DNA of 45,353 nt from Anaerolineae bacterium (GCA_027021705.1 JALUTT010000063.1:1-45353), one strand, 5' to 3'; shown: positions 1 through 8,617, counted from the stretch's first letter. The notes: a model not told the origin generated them from the sequence alone. Numbers and translations are program-made.

Positions 1-437
1 GTGCCCATCGGCGCGGCATCCAGCCACCAGTCAAAGACAAGCTCCGCGTCGAAGGCCTGGCTCAGGTCCAATGGACCGTAGATCAGCCAGGAATCCACGT
101 TGTCCACGTAGGTGCTGATGCCGGCGGTGAGGCTGATGCCGTCCGCCCCGCCGCCCACAGACCAGACGGCGGTGATGGGGCTGGTAGCGGTGAAGGTCGT
201 CGCGCCCCAGGTGTACTCCCCGCCATCCGTGCTGCTGGTGTCGGTAACGATCCAGGCACCGGGGAAGGCCCCGCTGAACTGCTCCTGAAGCCGGGTCTCC
301 CACCGGGGCGCAGAAGCACGGGGCTGGGCCAAAGCCGGAAGCCCCAGGACGACGATGACCATGAGAGCAGACAGTCCAACGACAAGGGCCCATCGCTTCC
401 AAAGGATGGGCCGTTCTCTCCGCAGTTGTTCGCTCAT
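1..437 (-). CDS. Secreted protein, N-terminal part only (runs off the window); signal peptide followed by a beta-rich, jelly-roll-like domain
   Basis: Not in the ORF track; translated by hand. ATG at 437 with SD GAAGGAGGA (442-450). Reads MSEQLRRERPILWKRWALVVGLSALMVIVVLGLPALAQPR...WIVTDTSSTDGGEYTWG...DSWLIYGPLDLSQAFDAELVFDWWLD and stays open to the window edge. Basic-hydrophobic-ALA signal peptide. Confidence 0.8.
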   Translation of the reverse strand, partial: MSEQLRRERPILWKRWALVVGLSALMVIVVLGLPALAQPRASAPRWETRLQEQFSGAFPGAWIVTDTSSTDGGEYTWGATTFTATSPITAVWSVGGGADGISLTAGISTYVDNVDSWLIYGPLDLSQAFDAELVFDWWLDAAPMG

Positions 438-478
438 GAAATCCTCCTTCACGGCTGATTTCGGCCCCCAGTCAGCCT

Positions 479-575
479 ACCTTCCCGCAGATCACCGGTC
501 GAGGGCGCTTTCAGCTCCGATGGGCTGTTTGAAGCACGGTTTCGCGTCGGAAACGCGCCTAACCTGCGGGAGGGT
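479..575. repeat. Hairpin element copy 1 (97 bp, 14-bp imperfect terminal inverted repeats)
   Basis: ACCTTCCCGCAGAT (479-492) and ACCTGCGGGAGGGT (562-575). Related arms occur at 7037-7133, 8420-8433 and 30123-30185. Confidence 0.75.
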
Positions 576-679
576 GAACAGTTACGGCCCCCATAAGGGA
601 GGGGCGGTGCAAGCACTACCGCCTGCACCTCCCGGAAAGGCTGCGCCATACCAGATCAGCCCGGCGTAGGCCGGGCCGG

Positions 680-708
680 ATTGTACCATTGCCGGGAATG
701 GCTGTCAA
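680..708 (-). promoter_or_regulatory. Sigma70-type promoter for the secreted protein gene
   Basis: Minus strand TTGACA-17 nt-TACAAT with an extended TG. Confidence 0.75.
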
Positions 709-720
709 CTTGGTCAAGAA

Positions 721-825
721 GTCCTCGGTCCTCAGTCCTCAGTCCTCAGTCCGCCGCTAAGCCGCTAGGTCGCTAGGCCGCTGGTCGCTTGCCCCTTGCC
801 CCCTGCCCCTTGCCCCTTGCCCCTT
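721..825. repeat. Composite 7/8-mer tandem array: GTCCTCA-type x4, GCCGCTAG-type, GCCCCTT-type x5
   Basis: Units read directly; the array abuts the stop codon of the 824..2866 gene. Confidence 0.9.
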
Positions 826-2866
826 AGTCGGCGGTCGGCTTTTGGTCCGGGAGGACCACCCGGTCGGCCTCGGGAGGGGCGAGGGTGCTCTGGACCCGCC
901 AGCGTTCGCCGGTGAAGGGATCGTAGAGGCCCACTTCTACCGTGTAGGGCCCCGGAGGGGCGTCGGGCGGGAGGGGCAGGGGATGGACCTGCAGGAAACG
1001 GTCCCCCGGACGCAGGGTGAGCGGATCCACCCACAGGCCGTCGTCCCCCACCAGGGGGGTGCCGTCGGCGTCCAGGAGGTGGGTGAAGACGGCCAGGCGG
1101 GGGCCGGCGTAGACGTTTGGTGGCGGCGGGTTGGCGACGATGGGCATCGGCGGCAGTTGAAGGGGCTCGGCCACCCGCCAGGCGGTGACCAGCAGGGCCT
1201 CCCGCCCGGGCGCGGGCTCTACCCCCTGCTCCCAAGTGACGGCCACCAGGTCCAGACCGTTGGCGAAGCGTCCCACGGGCTCCTCTCGCTCGAAGAGGGG
1301 GTCGGGGGTCAGGAGGTAGTGGGCGAGGGGTGGAGTCAGGCGGGCCGGATAGGGTCGGCGGCTCGCCTGAAGGCGTCGTTCGATGGGAGGCGAGGGGCGG
1401 GGGTAGGAGGGGAGGAGCAGGGAGAGGGGCGGTTGACCGGCGACGTAGACGAGGGCCCGCTGGGGGTTGAAGAGGCGCACCATCAGGTCATCGCGCCGGC
1501 CGTCTACCTGGAGGGCCAGCCGGTCCCACGGCCCCATCAGCAGGCTGCCCACCGCCCAGTCCCGGACCTCAGGGCGGGCATCCAGATAGCGGGCGGCGTC
1601 TCGATAATCGGCCCGATAGAGAAAGCGGACCAGGCTCTCCCGAGGCCAGCGCCCGAAATAGTCCCGCAGGTCCCGCCAGGCGTTCGGCAATAGGAAGAGC
1701 AGAAGGGCCACGAGGGCGAAGGCGGCCGGGGAACCGGCGGGGCGGGCGAACCGCCGGGTCACCCAGCGCCAGCTCTCCTCCAGGGCAAGGACCGGCAGGA
1801 GGTAGGTCAGGGGTTGGATCATTATGGAATGGCTGAGGCTGGCGGGCGGGACGCTGAGCACGGTGGGCAACAGCCCAAAACCGAACCAGAGGAGCAGGAG
1901 GAAGTGACGGGGCCGTCGCCAGCGGCGGAGGGAGATCAACAGGCCGGCCCAGAGGAGGAGCCCGCCGACGGGGTTGAAGAGGGGCCGATCGGCGACGTTA
2001 TAGAGCCACTCCGGGTCGCCGGTGGCGTGGAACATGTTGAGGGTGAGCCAGGCCGTCTCCAACAGGGGGCCGGGATCCCCTGCCTGGAGCGCCCGGATGG
2101 GGCGGGCCAGTTGGGAGAGGCGGGCATCGGCGCCGATGCCCTGGGCGGCGGCCTCGCTGCGCCCCGCAACGATGGCGAGGAGGAGGGGCACGACCAGGAG
2201 GGCGGCGATGGCCAGGGCCAGGCCATACCCCCGCCAGGCCGCCCGCAGGTGCTCCCGGTGGAAGAGGGCCAGGTAGAGGCCGAAGAAGGCCAAGAGGATG
2301 GGGAGCAGCCGGGCGGCGGGATAGGTGTAGAGGCTCAGCCCTAGGGCCAGCCCCAGCCCCACGGCCCAGCGCCGGGGGGATCGAGGGCGACGGGTGAAGG
2401 GGGTCCAGAGCAGGAAGAAGACGATCAGGACGAAGGGGGGCAGGCTGATGTGACGTAGGGCGATCCGGCTGTAGATCAGCGACCAGAAAGAGGTCGCCAG
2501 CCCCAGGGCGGCGAAGGTGCCGACCGTCGTGCCGAAGAGGCGACGGCCCAGTTGGTAGGTCAGCGGCACGGTCAGGGTGCCCAAGACGATGGAGAGGAAG
2601 TGCCCTCCCATCACGTTCTCCCCCAGCAGGAGGTAGACCCCCGCGTGCAGGTAGTGGTAGAGCGGCTCGTGGCCGGAAGCGCCGGTAAAGTAGAGGGGGA
2701 AGCGCCCCTGGAAGAGTTCGCCGGAGAGGGCGTAGATGTTGATCAGCTCGTCGTCCCGCCACCCCGGCGGCACCTGCTCGGGGGCGACCACCCGGAGCCC
2801 CCAGGCCAGGAGGGTCAGGAGCAATGGGATGAGGAAGGGACGCCAATGGGTGCGCTGGACGGTCAC
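824..2866 (-). CDS. GT-C fold glycosyltransferase (GT39/ArnT/PMT-like) with a C-terminal extracytoplasmic Ig-like domain
   Basis: PPGWRDDE motif after TM1, GHEPLY, many TM helices, C-terminal FTHLLD...GPYTVEVGLYD. GTG start overlaps the upstream TGA. Confidence 0.85.
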   Translation of the reverse strand: MTVQRTHWRPFLIPLLLTLLAWGLRVVAPEQVPPGWRDDELINIYALSGELFQGRFPLYFTGASGHEPLYHYLHAGVYLLLGENVMGGHFLSIVLGTLTVPLTYQLGRRLFGTTVGTFAALGLATSFWSLIYSRIALRHISLPPFVLIVFFLLWTPFTRRPRSPRRWAVGLGLALGLSLYTYPAARLLPILLAFFGLYLALFHREHLRAAWRGYGLALAIAALLVVPLLLAIVAGRSEAAAQGIGADARLSQLARPIRALQAGDPGPLLETAWLTLNMFHATGDPEWLYNVADRPLFNPVGGLLLWAGLLISLRRWRRPRHFLLLLWFGFGLLPTVLSVPPASLSHSIMIQPLTYLLPVLALEESWRWVTRRFARPAGSPAAFALVALLLFLLPNAWRDLRDYFGRWPRESLVRFLYRADYRDAARYLDARPEVRDWAVGSLLMGPWDRLALQVDGRRDDLMVRLFNPQRALVYVAGQPPLSLLLPSYPRPSPPIERRLQASRRPYPARLTPPLAHYLLTPDPLFEREEPVGRFANGLDLVAVTWEQGVEPAPGREALLVTAWRVAEPLQLPPMPIVANPPPPNVYAGPRLAVFTHLLDADGTPLVGDDGLWVDPLTLRPGDRFLQVHPLPLPPDAPPGPYTVEVGLYDPFTGERWRVQSTLAPPEADRVVLPDQKPTAD

Positions 2867-4920
2867 GGGACGGTCACCTCCACGGGTTGCAGGAAGATGC
2901 GATCGCCGGCCGGCCCTTGGTCCGTCAGGATGGGCAGCCGGGTCAGGTCGGGCCGGGTGTAGAGACCCACCTCCAGGGCGTAGCGTCCGGCCGGCAGGTC
3001 CGGCTTCAGGGAGAAGCGGTGGATCTGCAAGAAGCGATCTCCCGACTGCCAGTTCCAGGCGGGCACATCCAGCCGATCCTCTTGGCCCACCACTTGGCCG
3101 GCCGAATCCAGCAGGTGGACGAAGATGGCTGCAGCTCGGCCATAGCGCTGCGGGGGTAGGGGGCCGAGGGCTTCGGGGTCGAAGACCTGCCAGGCGGTGA
3201 TCAGGCTAACCGTTCCGCCGGGCGCGACGGTGGGGCTCTCCAGGGTGTAGCCGACCAGGGCCACCGCCCCCCCGAAGTTGACGGGGAGGGTCAGCGGACG
3301 GTCGCCGGCCACCTGCTGGCCCGTCAAGCGGGGGAGGAGGACGGCCCAGGCCCGTCGGGGGTTCCAGAGGTGGACGTCGAAATAGGGGTCTACGTCGTCG
3401 GGGCGCAGGAGGACCCGCTCCGGAGGCGAGAGGGGAACCCAGTCGGCGAGACGGGGGGCCAGCGGCGCGTTGGTGGGCAGGATCAGCAGGCTCCGGTCCA
3501 CGTCAGGGAAGAGGAGGGCCCTCCGGGCGTCGAACCAGCGCAGCGTGAGGTCGTCCCGCTGCACCCGCAGATCGGCGATGAAGGGATCGAGGGGCACCTC
3601 CGGGAAGGGGGAGGAGAGGGTCACGGTGCCGCTGTAGGGGCTCTCGTTGAGGTAGTCGGTGATGGCGGCCAGGTTGTGGAAGTAGGCGGCCCGGACTGCG
3701 GGGGATTCCCCCCAGCGGACGAAGTAGTCGTAGCCGGTGGAGATCGCCATCACGACCAGCCACGCGCCGCAGGCGAGGGCGAAGCGGCCGGCCCAACGGG
3801 GACCGAAGCGGGCCTGGATCCGGCGACCGACCTCCACCGCGCCCAGGACGGGCAGCGTCAGGATGGGGGCCTCGGCTCCCATGCTATGAAGAGTGCTGGT
3901 CCACTCACCTACAATGAGGGAGGGCAGGAGCCCCGTCGCCACCCACATCAGGACGAAGGCGTAGGCCGGCCGCCGCCAGCGGCGGAGGCAGAGGAGGATG
4001 CCGATGTAGAAGAAGAGGCTCGCCACCGGGTCGAGGATGGGGCGTCCCGGCAGGTTGTAGGTCACGAAGCTGTCGCCCCGGATGCTGAGGGTGCCCAGCG
4101 TCTCGACGGCGTTGGTCAGCAGCGGCCTCAGGTCACCCCGGAGGGCAGCGGTCAGGGGGCCGGCGAGGGAGGAGGAGCGCTGCCAGGCGTCGGGGTCAAG
4201 CAGGTGGGGGGCGGCCAGGACTCCGGCGGCCGCCAGGGCTCCGGCAAACCAGGCCCCGTGGCGGCGGAAGCGGGGGCGGTCCACCAGGGCCAGGTGGGCG
4301 AAGAGGAGGCCCAGGGAGAGGGAGACCGCCCGGGCGACTTCGTAGGCGTAGAGGGAGCCTGCCAGGAGAAGGGCGAAGGGCACCCAGGCCCACCGCCGGC
4401 CTCTGTTCCCTTCCTGCCCTCCCAGGGCCAGCCAGAGGAAGTAGACGGCGCCGGTGAAGAGGGCGGGGGCCGGCTCCGGGTTGAGGGCGAAACGGCTGGT
4501 GCTGACCGCCCAGAAGGAGACGGCGACCATAGCCGCGCTGCCCAGGCCGACAGCCCTACCGAAGAGGTGACGGGCCCACAGGTAGGTGAAGATCAGCAGG
4601 ACCAAGCCGAAGAAGGCCGAATGGAGGCGCAGGGCCAGGTCGGTGGGGCCGAAGAGGGCCATAAAGAGAGCCCCCGAGTACATCGTGAAAGGCTCGTTGG
4701 CGTAGCCGTAGGGGGCCTTGACCTGAGAGGGAGCCCCTCGGTAGACGGCGAGGACGAAGTAGCCCGTGTCCGCCTCGTCGTGGGTCAGGCCGGGGGGCAC
4801 GGCGTCCAGCCGGTAGAGGCGGAAGAAGAGGGCGACAAAGAGGATGAGGGCCAGCAGCCCAAGGCTCCAGGCCGGTTCGTTCATCCGTAGAGACCAGCGG
4901 CGCAAGGTTCGTTCCCTCAT
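2863..4920 (-). CDS. GT-C fold glycosyltransferase (GT39/ArnT/PMT-like)
   Basis: PPGLTHDEA, ANEPF, YNLPGRPILDP motifs and a C-terminal FVHLLD...GRYALEVGLY domain. Start reassigned to ATG 4920 (ATGA overlap with the upstream stop). Confidence 0.85.
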   Translation of the reverse strand: MRERTLRRWSLRMNEPAWSLGLLALILFVALFFRLYRLDAVPPGLTHDEADTGYFVLAVYRGAPSQVKAPYGYANEPFTMYSGALFMALFGPTDLALRLHSAFFGLVLLIFTYLWARHLFGRAVGLGSAAMVAVSFWAVSTSRFALNPEPAPALFTGAVYFLWLALGGQEGNRGRRWAWVPFALLLAGSLYAYEVARAVSLSLGLLFAHLALVDRPRFRRHGAWFAGALAAAGVLAAPHLLDPDAWQRSSSLAGPLTAALRGDLRPLLTNAVETLGTLSIRGDSFVTYNLPGRPILDPVASLFFYIGILLCLRRWRRPAYAFVLMWVATGLLPSLIVGEWTSTLHSMGAEAPILTLPVLGAVEVGRRIQARFGPRWAGRFALACGAWLVVMAISTGYDYFVRWGESPAVRAAYFHNLAAITDYLNESPYSGTVTLSSPFPEVPLDPFIADLRVQRDDLTLRWFDARRALLFPDVDRSLLILPTNAPLAPRLADWVPLSPPERVLLRPDDVDPYFDVHLWNPRRAWAVLLPRLTGQQVAGDRPLTLPVNFGGAVALVGYTLESPTVAPGGTVSLITAWQVFDPEALGPLPPQRYGRAAAIFVHLLDSAGQVVGQEDRLDVPAWNWQSGDRFLQIHRFSLKPDLPAGRYALEVGLYTRPDLTRLPILTDQGPAGDRIFLQPVEVTVP

Positions 4921-7001
4921 CGGACCTCGATCAGGCGCAGTGTCAGGTGGTCGTCCACCGGCTTTCCCTCCACGTAGACGGTCAGCCGGGGTATAGCGGG
5001 ATCGGGTTCGTGGCCGGCCAGCACGGCATCCACTCGATCGGGGACGGTGTAGACCCCGGTGATGAGGGTGTACGTCCCCGGCGGCAGGTCGGCGGGCAGG
5101 GTCAGCCGGTGGAGCTGGAGGAAGCGATCTCCCGGCTGCCACTGCCAGGAGGGGGCATCCAGCCGGTCCTGCTGAGCCACAACCTGGTTTTGCCCGTCCA
5201 ACAGTTGGGTGAAGAGCACCGCATCCCGGTCCGGGGGCAGAGGGGCCTCCACTTGCCAAAGGGTGAGGAGGAGGAGGGTCTGCCCGGCGCTGGGCTCCCC
5301 CTGAAGCCGGTAGCCCAGGAAGGTGAGGGAGGCTCCCACGGCGACGGGCTGCCGATCCGGGCGGAGGGGGGCTTCGAGCCGGGGCTGCAGCGCGGCCAAG
5401 GTCTCCTCCGGCGACCAACGGTAGATGGCGAAGGCCGGATCGAAGTCGTCAGGGCGCAGTTCAACCCGCTCCAGCAAGGTGGCGTGGGGCCGGACGAGGG
5501 CCCAGAGGGCGTCGTCCAGGGGCACTGCCTGGGGCAAGATGAGGCGGGCCGCCGACGCCGGGGGGAGGTAGAGGGCTTGACGACCGTCGAACCAGCGCAG
5601 GGGCGGGCCGGCCTCGCCCAGCACGGCCTGCAGGATGCGGGGATCGTGGTACTGGCCGGGGTAGAAGCTGGAGATGGCGACCGGCTCCTCCTCCGGCCCC
5701 CGGCGCACCGCCTCGGCGATGGCCATCAGGTCCACGTGATAGTGGACCCGCACATCCCGGTCGTTGGGCCAGCGGAGGAAGTAGTCCCGCAGGGTGAGGA
5801 AGGCGACGGGGGCAAAGGCGAGGAGGACCAAGATGGGAACGGCCAGCCGAGGTGCTGCCCGCCCCGGCCCGCCGGTCCGCAGGCGCTCCAGGGTCAGGGC
5901 CGGGAAGAGGTAGAGCACGGGCTGGGCAGCGATGGCCCGCAGGTGGGCAGCGTCCACGCCCGTCGCCAGGGCAGGGAAGAAGCCGACGACCAGCCAGAGG
6001 AGGGCGAGGGCGTGGGCGGGCTCCCGCCAGCGGCGGAGGGCGATGAGCAGGCCGGCGTAGAAGAGCAGGCTGGTCAACGGGTCGAGGAGGGGCCGGCCCG
6101 GGATGTTGTAGGGGATGAAGCCATCGCCGCGAAGGCTGAAGAGGTGGAGCCCTTCGTAGATTTTCGCCATCAGCGGGCCGGGATCGCCCTTCAGCAGGAG
6201 CCGGAGGGGCTGATCGAGCTGGCCGATGCGGATCTCGGCCGAGGGATGGGCTTGCAGGTAGGCGAAGAGGGGAGCGGCGACGAGGGCGGCGATGAGGAGG
6301 CTCACGCCCCAGGGACGCCATCGCTGCCACCAGCGCTGCCGGTCGGTCAGGAGGAGGTAGAGGCCGAAGAGGAGGGGGATGGCCGGCAGCAGCCGGGCCG
6401 CCAGGTAGGTGTAGAGGGTGAGGCCGAGGAAAAGGCCGGGGAGTAGATAGCGGATAGCGGTCGGCGGTCGGCCGTCGGCCGTCGGCGGTCGGCCGTCGGC
6501 CGTCGGCCATCGGCGGTCGGCCACGAGGGCCAGGAGGGCGGCGGTGAAGAGGGCGGGCAGGGTGATGGCCCGCAGGCCCAGCCGGCTGGTGCTGACCCCC
6601 CAGAAGGAGAGGGCCAGGCCGGTCGCGGTCCACAGGGCGGTGGGGCGGTCGAAGGCCCGGCGGGCCCAGGCGTAGGTCAGGGCGACCAGCAGGAGCCCCC
6701 ACCAGGCCGAGGTGAGCCGCATGGCGAAGGGAGTGGGGCCGAGGAGCGCCATCGTCAGGGCCACGTTGTAGAGGTAGAGGGGCTCCTTGCCCTGGGCCAC
6801 GGGAAAGTAGGCGGGACGGGCACCCCGCAGGACGGAGGCGGCGTCGTAGACGTTGTTGGCCTCGTCGTGGGTCAGGCCGGGGGGCACGGCGTCCAGCCGA
6901 TAGAGGCGGAGGCCGGCCGCCAGCAGCAGGATGAGCAGGGGCAGCCAGACCGTCCGCGATGCGCTTCGGATGACCGGCGTTGGGGTGGTTCGCTTCTCCA
7001 T
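4917..7001 (-). CDS. GT-C fold glycosyltransferase (GT39/ArnT/PMT-like) carrying an in-frame heptamer repeat
   Basis: PPGLTHDEA, GKEPLY and YNIPGRPLLDP motifs; paralogue of the two downstream genes. Confidence 0.85.
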   Translation of the reverse strand: MEKRTTPTPVIRSASRTVWLPLLILLLAAGLRLYRLDAVPPGLTHDEANNVYDAASVLRGARPAYFPVAQGKEPLYLYNVALTMALLGPTPFAMRLTSAWWGLLLVALTYAWARRAFDRPTALWTATGLALSFWGVSTSRLGLRAITLPALFTAALLALVADRRWPTADGRPPTADGRPPTAIRYLLPGLFLGLTLYTYLAARLLPAIPLLFGLYLLLTDRQRWWQRWRPWGVSLLIAALVAAPLFAYLQAHPSAEIRIGQLDQPLRLLLKGDPGPLMAKIYEGLHLFSLRGDGFIPYNIPGRPLLDPLTSLLFYAGLLIALRRWREPAHALALLWLVVGFFPALATGVDAAHLRAIAAQPVLYLFPALTLERLRTGGPGRAAPRLAVPILVLLAFAPVAFLTLRDYFLRWPNDRDVRVHYHVDLMAIAEAVRRGPEEEPVAISSFYPGQYHDPRILQAVLGEAGPPLRWFDGRQALYLPPASAARLILPQAVPLDDALWALVRPHATLLERVELRPDDFDPAFAIYRWSPEETLAALQPRLEAPLRPDRQPVAVGASLTFLGYRLQGEPSAGQTLLLLTLWQVEAPLPPDRDAVLFTQLLDGQNQVVAQQDRLDAPSWQWQPGDRFLQLHRLTLPADLPPGTYTLITGVYTVPDRVDAVLAGHEPDPAIPRLTVYVEGKPVDDHLTLRLIEVR
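6457..6519. repeat. Nine tandem heptamers GC(G/C)(G/A)TCG inside the CDS
   Basis: 63 bp, encoding RRWPTADGRPPTADGRPPTA. Confidence 0.9.
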
Positions 7002-7036
7002 CGTTCGGCGGCGGGATCTAGCTACCTGGCAGTGTC

Positions 7037-7133
7037 ACCCTCCCGCAGGTCACGCGGTGCCTGGCGACAGCCATAGCTTATCGGAGGCTGCCTATGACGC
7101 GCTCCAAGCCGTGGGGAGAACCTGCGGGAGGGT
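7037..7133. repeat. Hairpin element copy 2 (97 bp, perfect 14-bp terminal inverted repeats)
   Basis: ACCCTCCCGCAGGT (7037-7050) and ACCTGCGGGAGGGT (7120-7133). Confidence 0.85.
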
Positions 7134-7165
7134 CTTGGGAAATGGGGCAGGTAGCTCGCGGCGGG

Positions 7166-7194
7166 ATTGTACACCAACCGCCTGTTGGAGGCAA
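7166..7194 (-). promoter_or_regulatory. Putative sigma70 promoter for the GT39 operon
   Basis: Minus strand TTGCCT-17 nt-TACAAT. Confidence 0.55.
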
Positions 7195-7206
7195 GGGGGG
7201 GGGAGG

Positions 7207-8352
7207 TTAGCTCCGGCGCGGGGGCAGGCAGACGGGTAGGGAGGGAGGGTTCGCCGCGTTCTCCCCCTCGAAGGAGCGACTGACCAGCCGCCCCGTCATC
7301 AGGATGCCCAGCACCCCCGTCAGCAACAGGCCCGCCAGCCCCAGGGAAGCGGGCGTGCGGACCTGAGGGGAGGACAACAGGAGGACCCCGTGCAGCCCCA
7401 GGATGAGAAGTGCGAGCCCGCAGAAGGGAAGCAGTGGCGGCGTGAGGCGGGTGAGGAAGAGCTTGAGCAGGGAATGCCGGCCTCCAGACCGCCGGGAGCG
7501 CTGCTGCCATCCCGCCTTGAGGAGGGCGAGGGGCGCCCAACGTCCACCTGGGCGCGGACCGGTCGCCCCTGAGGTAGGCTCGGCGGGGTGCAAGGTGACG
7601 ACGGCGTCGGGGGCGAGGGTGATCCGCTCGCCGACCAGGAAGAGGGCGACTTCGCCGACCGGCGGGGCGGTCGGTTCCCCATCCCATCCCATCGGGCGGA
7701 GGAGGTAGGCGGCCAGGCAGAACCCTTCGCTTCTCAGGGGGGCCGCTCCGCCGAGCACTTCCTGCCCCAGGGGCCAGATAACCTCTTCCAGGGCCTGGGT
7801 CGCCTCTCGGAAAAGGCTTGTGCTCTTAGGGGCCTTCGGTGGACGGTACCGGCGGGCCTGGATGACGGTCTCGCCCCGGCCCAGCCGGGCGTCCATCACC
7901 TGGAGGAAGTTGGCCGAAATCCGGTCCCGGGGGCGCAGCAGGATGAAGGCATCGTAGGCTTTGGGGGCCTCCTGGACCCGGCTCAGCAGCCAGCGCAGGG
8001 CGGCATCGCTGTCGGCGTGGGTCTCCCCACCGGCGTACTCGTAGACGATGGCCCCACCCCGGCGGGCGATCCGGGCGGTGTAGTCCCGGCATCGGTCGGC
8101 CACCAGGTAGACGTCGTAGAGTTCCCGGGGGTAGCGCTGGGCGGCCAGGCTGTCAAGCAGGCCGGGCAGCAGGGAGGCCGCGTTGTGGGCAGGGATGAGG
8201 ATGGCGAAGCGATGGCGGGGATGGGGGAACAGAGGGGTCTGCCGAGGCACAGAGAGGCCAGCGATGGTCAAGACGAAGAGGTAGCCGGCCCACAGTAACA
8301 ATCCCATCTCGAGGGCGGTGATGAGCGGGGTTAGATGGTTGACGGTGGGCAT
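7207..8352 (-). CDS. Glycosyltransferase family 2-like membrane protein with degenerate catalytic motifs
   Basis: FAILIPAHN...LLDSLAAQRYP...YLVADRCRDYT is GT2-like, with N- and C-terminal TM helices. The DxD, ED and QxxRW positions are substituted. Start taken at ATG 8352. Confidence 0.7.
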   Translation of the reverse strand: MPTVNHLTPLITALEMGLLLWAGYLFVLTIAGLSVPRQTPLFPHPRHRFAILIPAHNAASLLPGLLDSLAAQRYPRELYDVYLVADRCRDYTARIARRGGAIVYEYAGGETHADSDAALRWLLSRVQEAPKAYDAFILLRPRDRISANFLQVMDARLGRGETVIQARRYRPPKAPKSTSLFREATQALEEVIWPLGQEVLGGAAPLRSEGFCLAAYLLRPMGWDGEPTAPPVGEVALFLVGERITLAPDAVVTLHPAEPTSGATGPRPGGRWAPLALLKAGWQQRSRRSGGRHSLLKLFLTRLTPPLLPFCGLALLILGLHGVLLLSSPQVRTPASLGLAGLLLTGVLGILMTGRLVSRSFEGENAANPPSLPVCLPPRRS

Positions 8353-8369
8353 TCTGGTTCCTCGGGTAA

Positions 8370-8478
8370 GTTGCAAATTGCAAATTGCAAGGGGCAAGTT
8401 CGCGTCGGAAACACGCCTAACCTGCGGGAGGGTGAACAGTTACGTTGCGAATGGCAAATGGCAAGTTGCAGGCGGCAA
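8370..8478. repeat. GTTGCAA-type heptamer array interrupted by a 46-bp dispersed repeat (8399-8444)
   Basis: Four units before and five after the insert. The 46-mer matches 541-586 at 45/46 positions. Confidence 0.85.
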
Positions 8479-8488
8479 GTGCGCTCTC

Positions 8489-8554
8489 AGCTTAACACAG
8501 TCCTGGGAGGCTGTCCGTAAGGGGCGCGTTAAGTCAGCGTAAAAAGGGCGTTAA
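8489..8554 (-). promoter_or_regulatory. Four hexamer direct repeats at 11-bp period (OmpR/PhoP-type box) plus an extended -10
   Basis: Minus strand TTAACG-N5-TTTACG-N5-TTAACG-N5-CTTACG (8554 to 8516), then TGtTAAGCT at 8497-8489. Confidence 0.55.
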
Positions 8555-8556
8555 AT

Positions 8557-8617
8557 GGTCAGGTAGTCGCTTGGTCGCCTGGTCAGGTGGTCCTTGATCC
8601 TCAGTCCTTGGTCCTCG
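8557..8617. repeat. GGTC-type octamer and GTCCT-type heptamer tandem array
   Basis: ggtcaggt agtcgctt ggtcgcct ggtcaggt, then gtccttg atcctca gtccttg gtcctcg. Confidence 0.7.

Noticed and set aside
557..587. Integron attC site (GCCTAAC ... GTTACGG)
   Set aside because: Too short, the right end does not fit GTTRRRY, and there is no integrase or cassette array.
451..672. Known riboswitch (c-di-GMP, c-di-AMP, TPP, SAM) in the long leader
   Set aside because: No consensus motif was recognised by eye; the structure is explained by the dispersed hairpin element. An Rfam scan would be decisive.
4921..5418. N-terminal extensions in the ORF track (also for clpC, potA, sbcC, 21459..23000, 23299..23826 and 41776..42165)
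   Set aside because: They overlap upstream genes or repeats and are low complexity; downstream starts have SD sequences or stop/start coupling.
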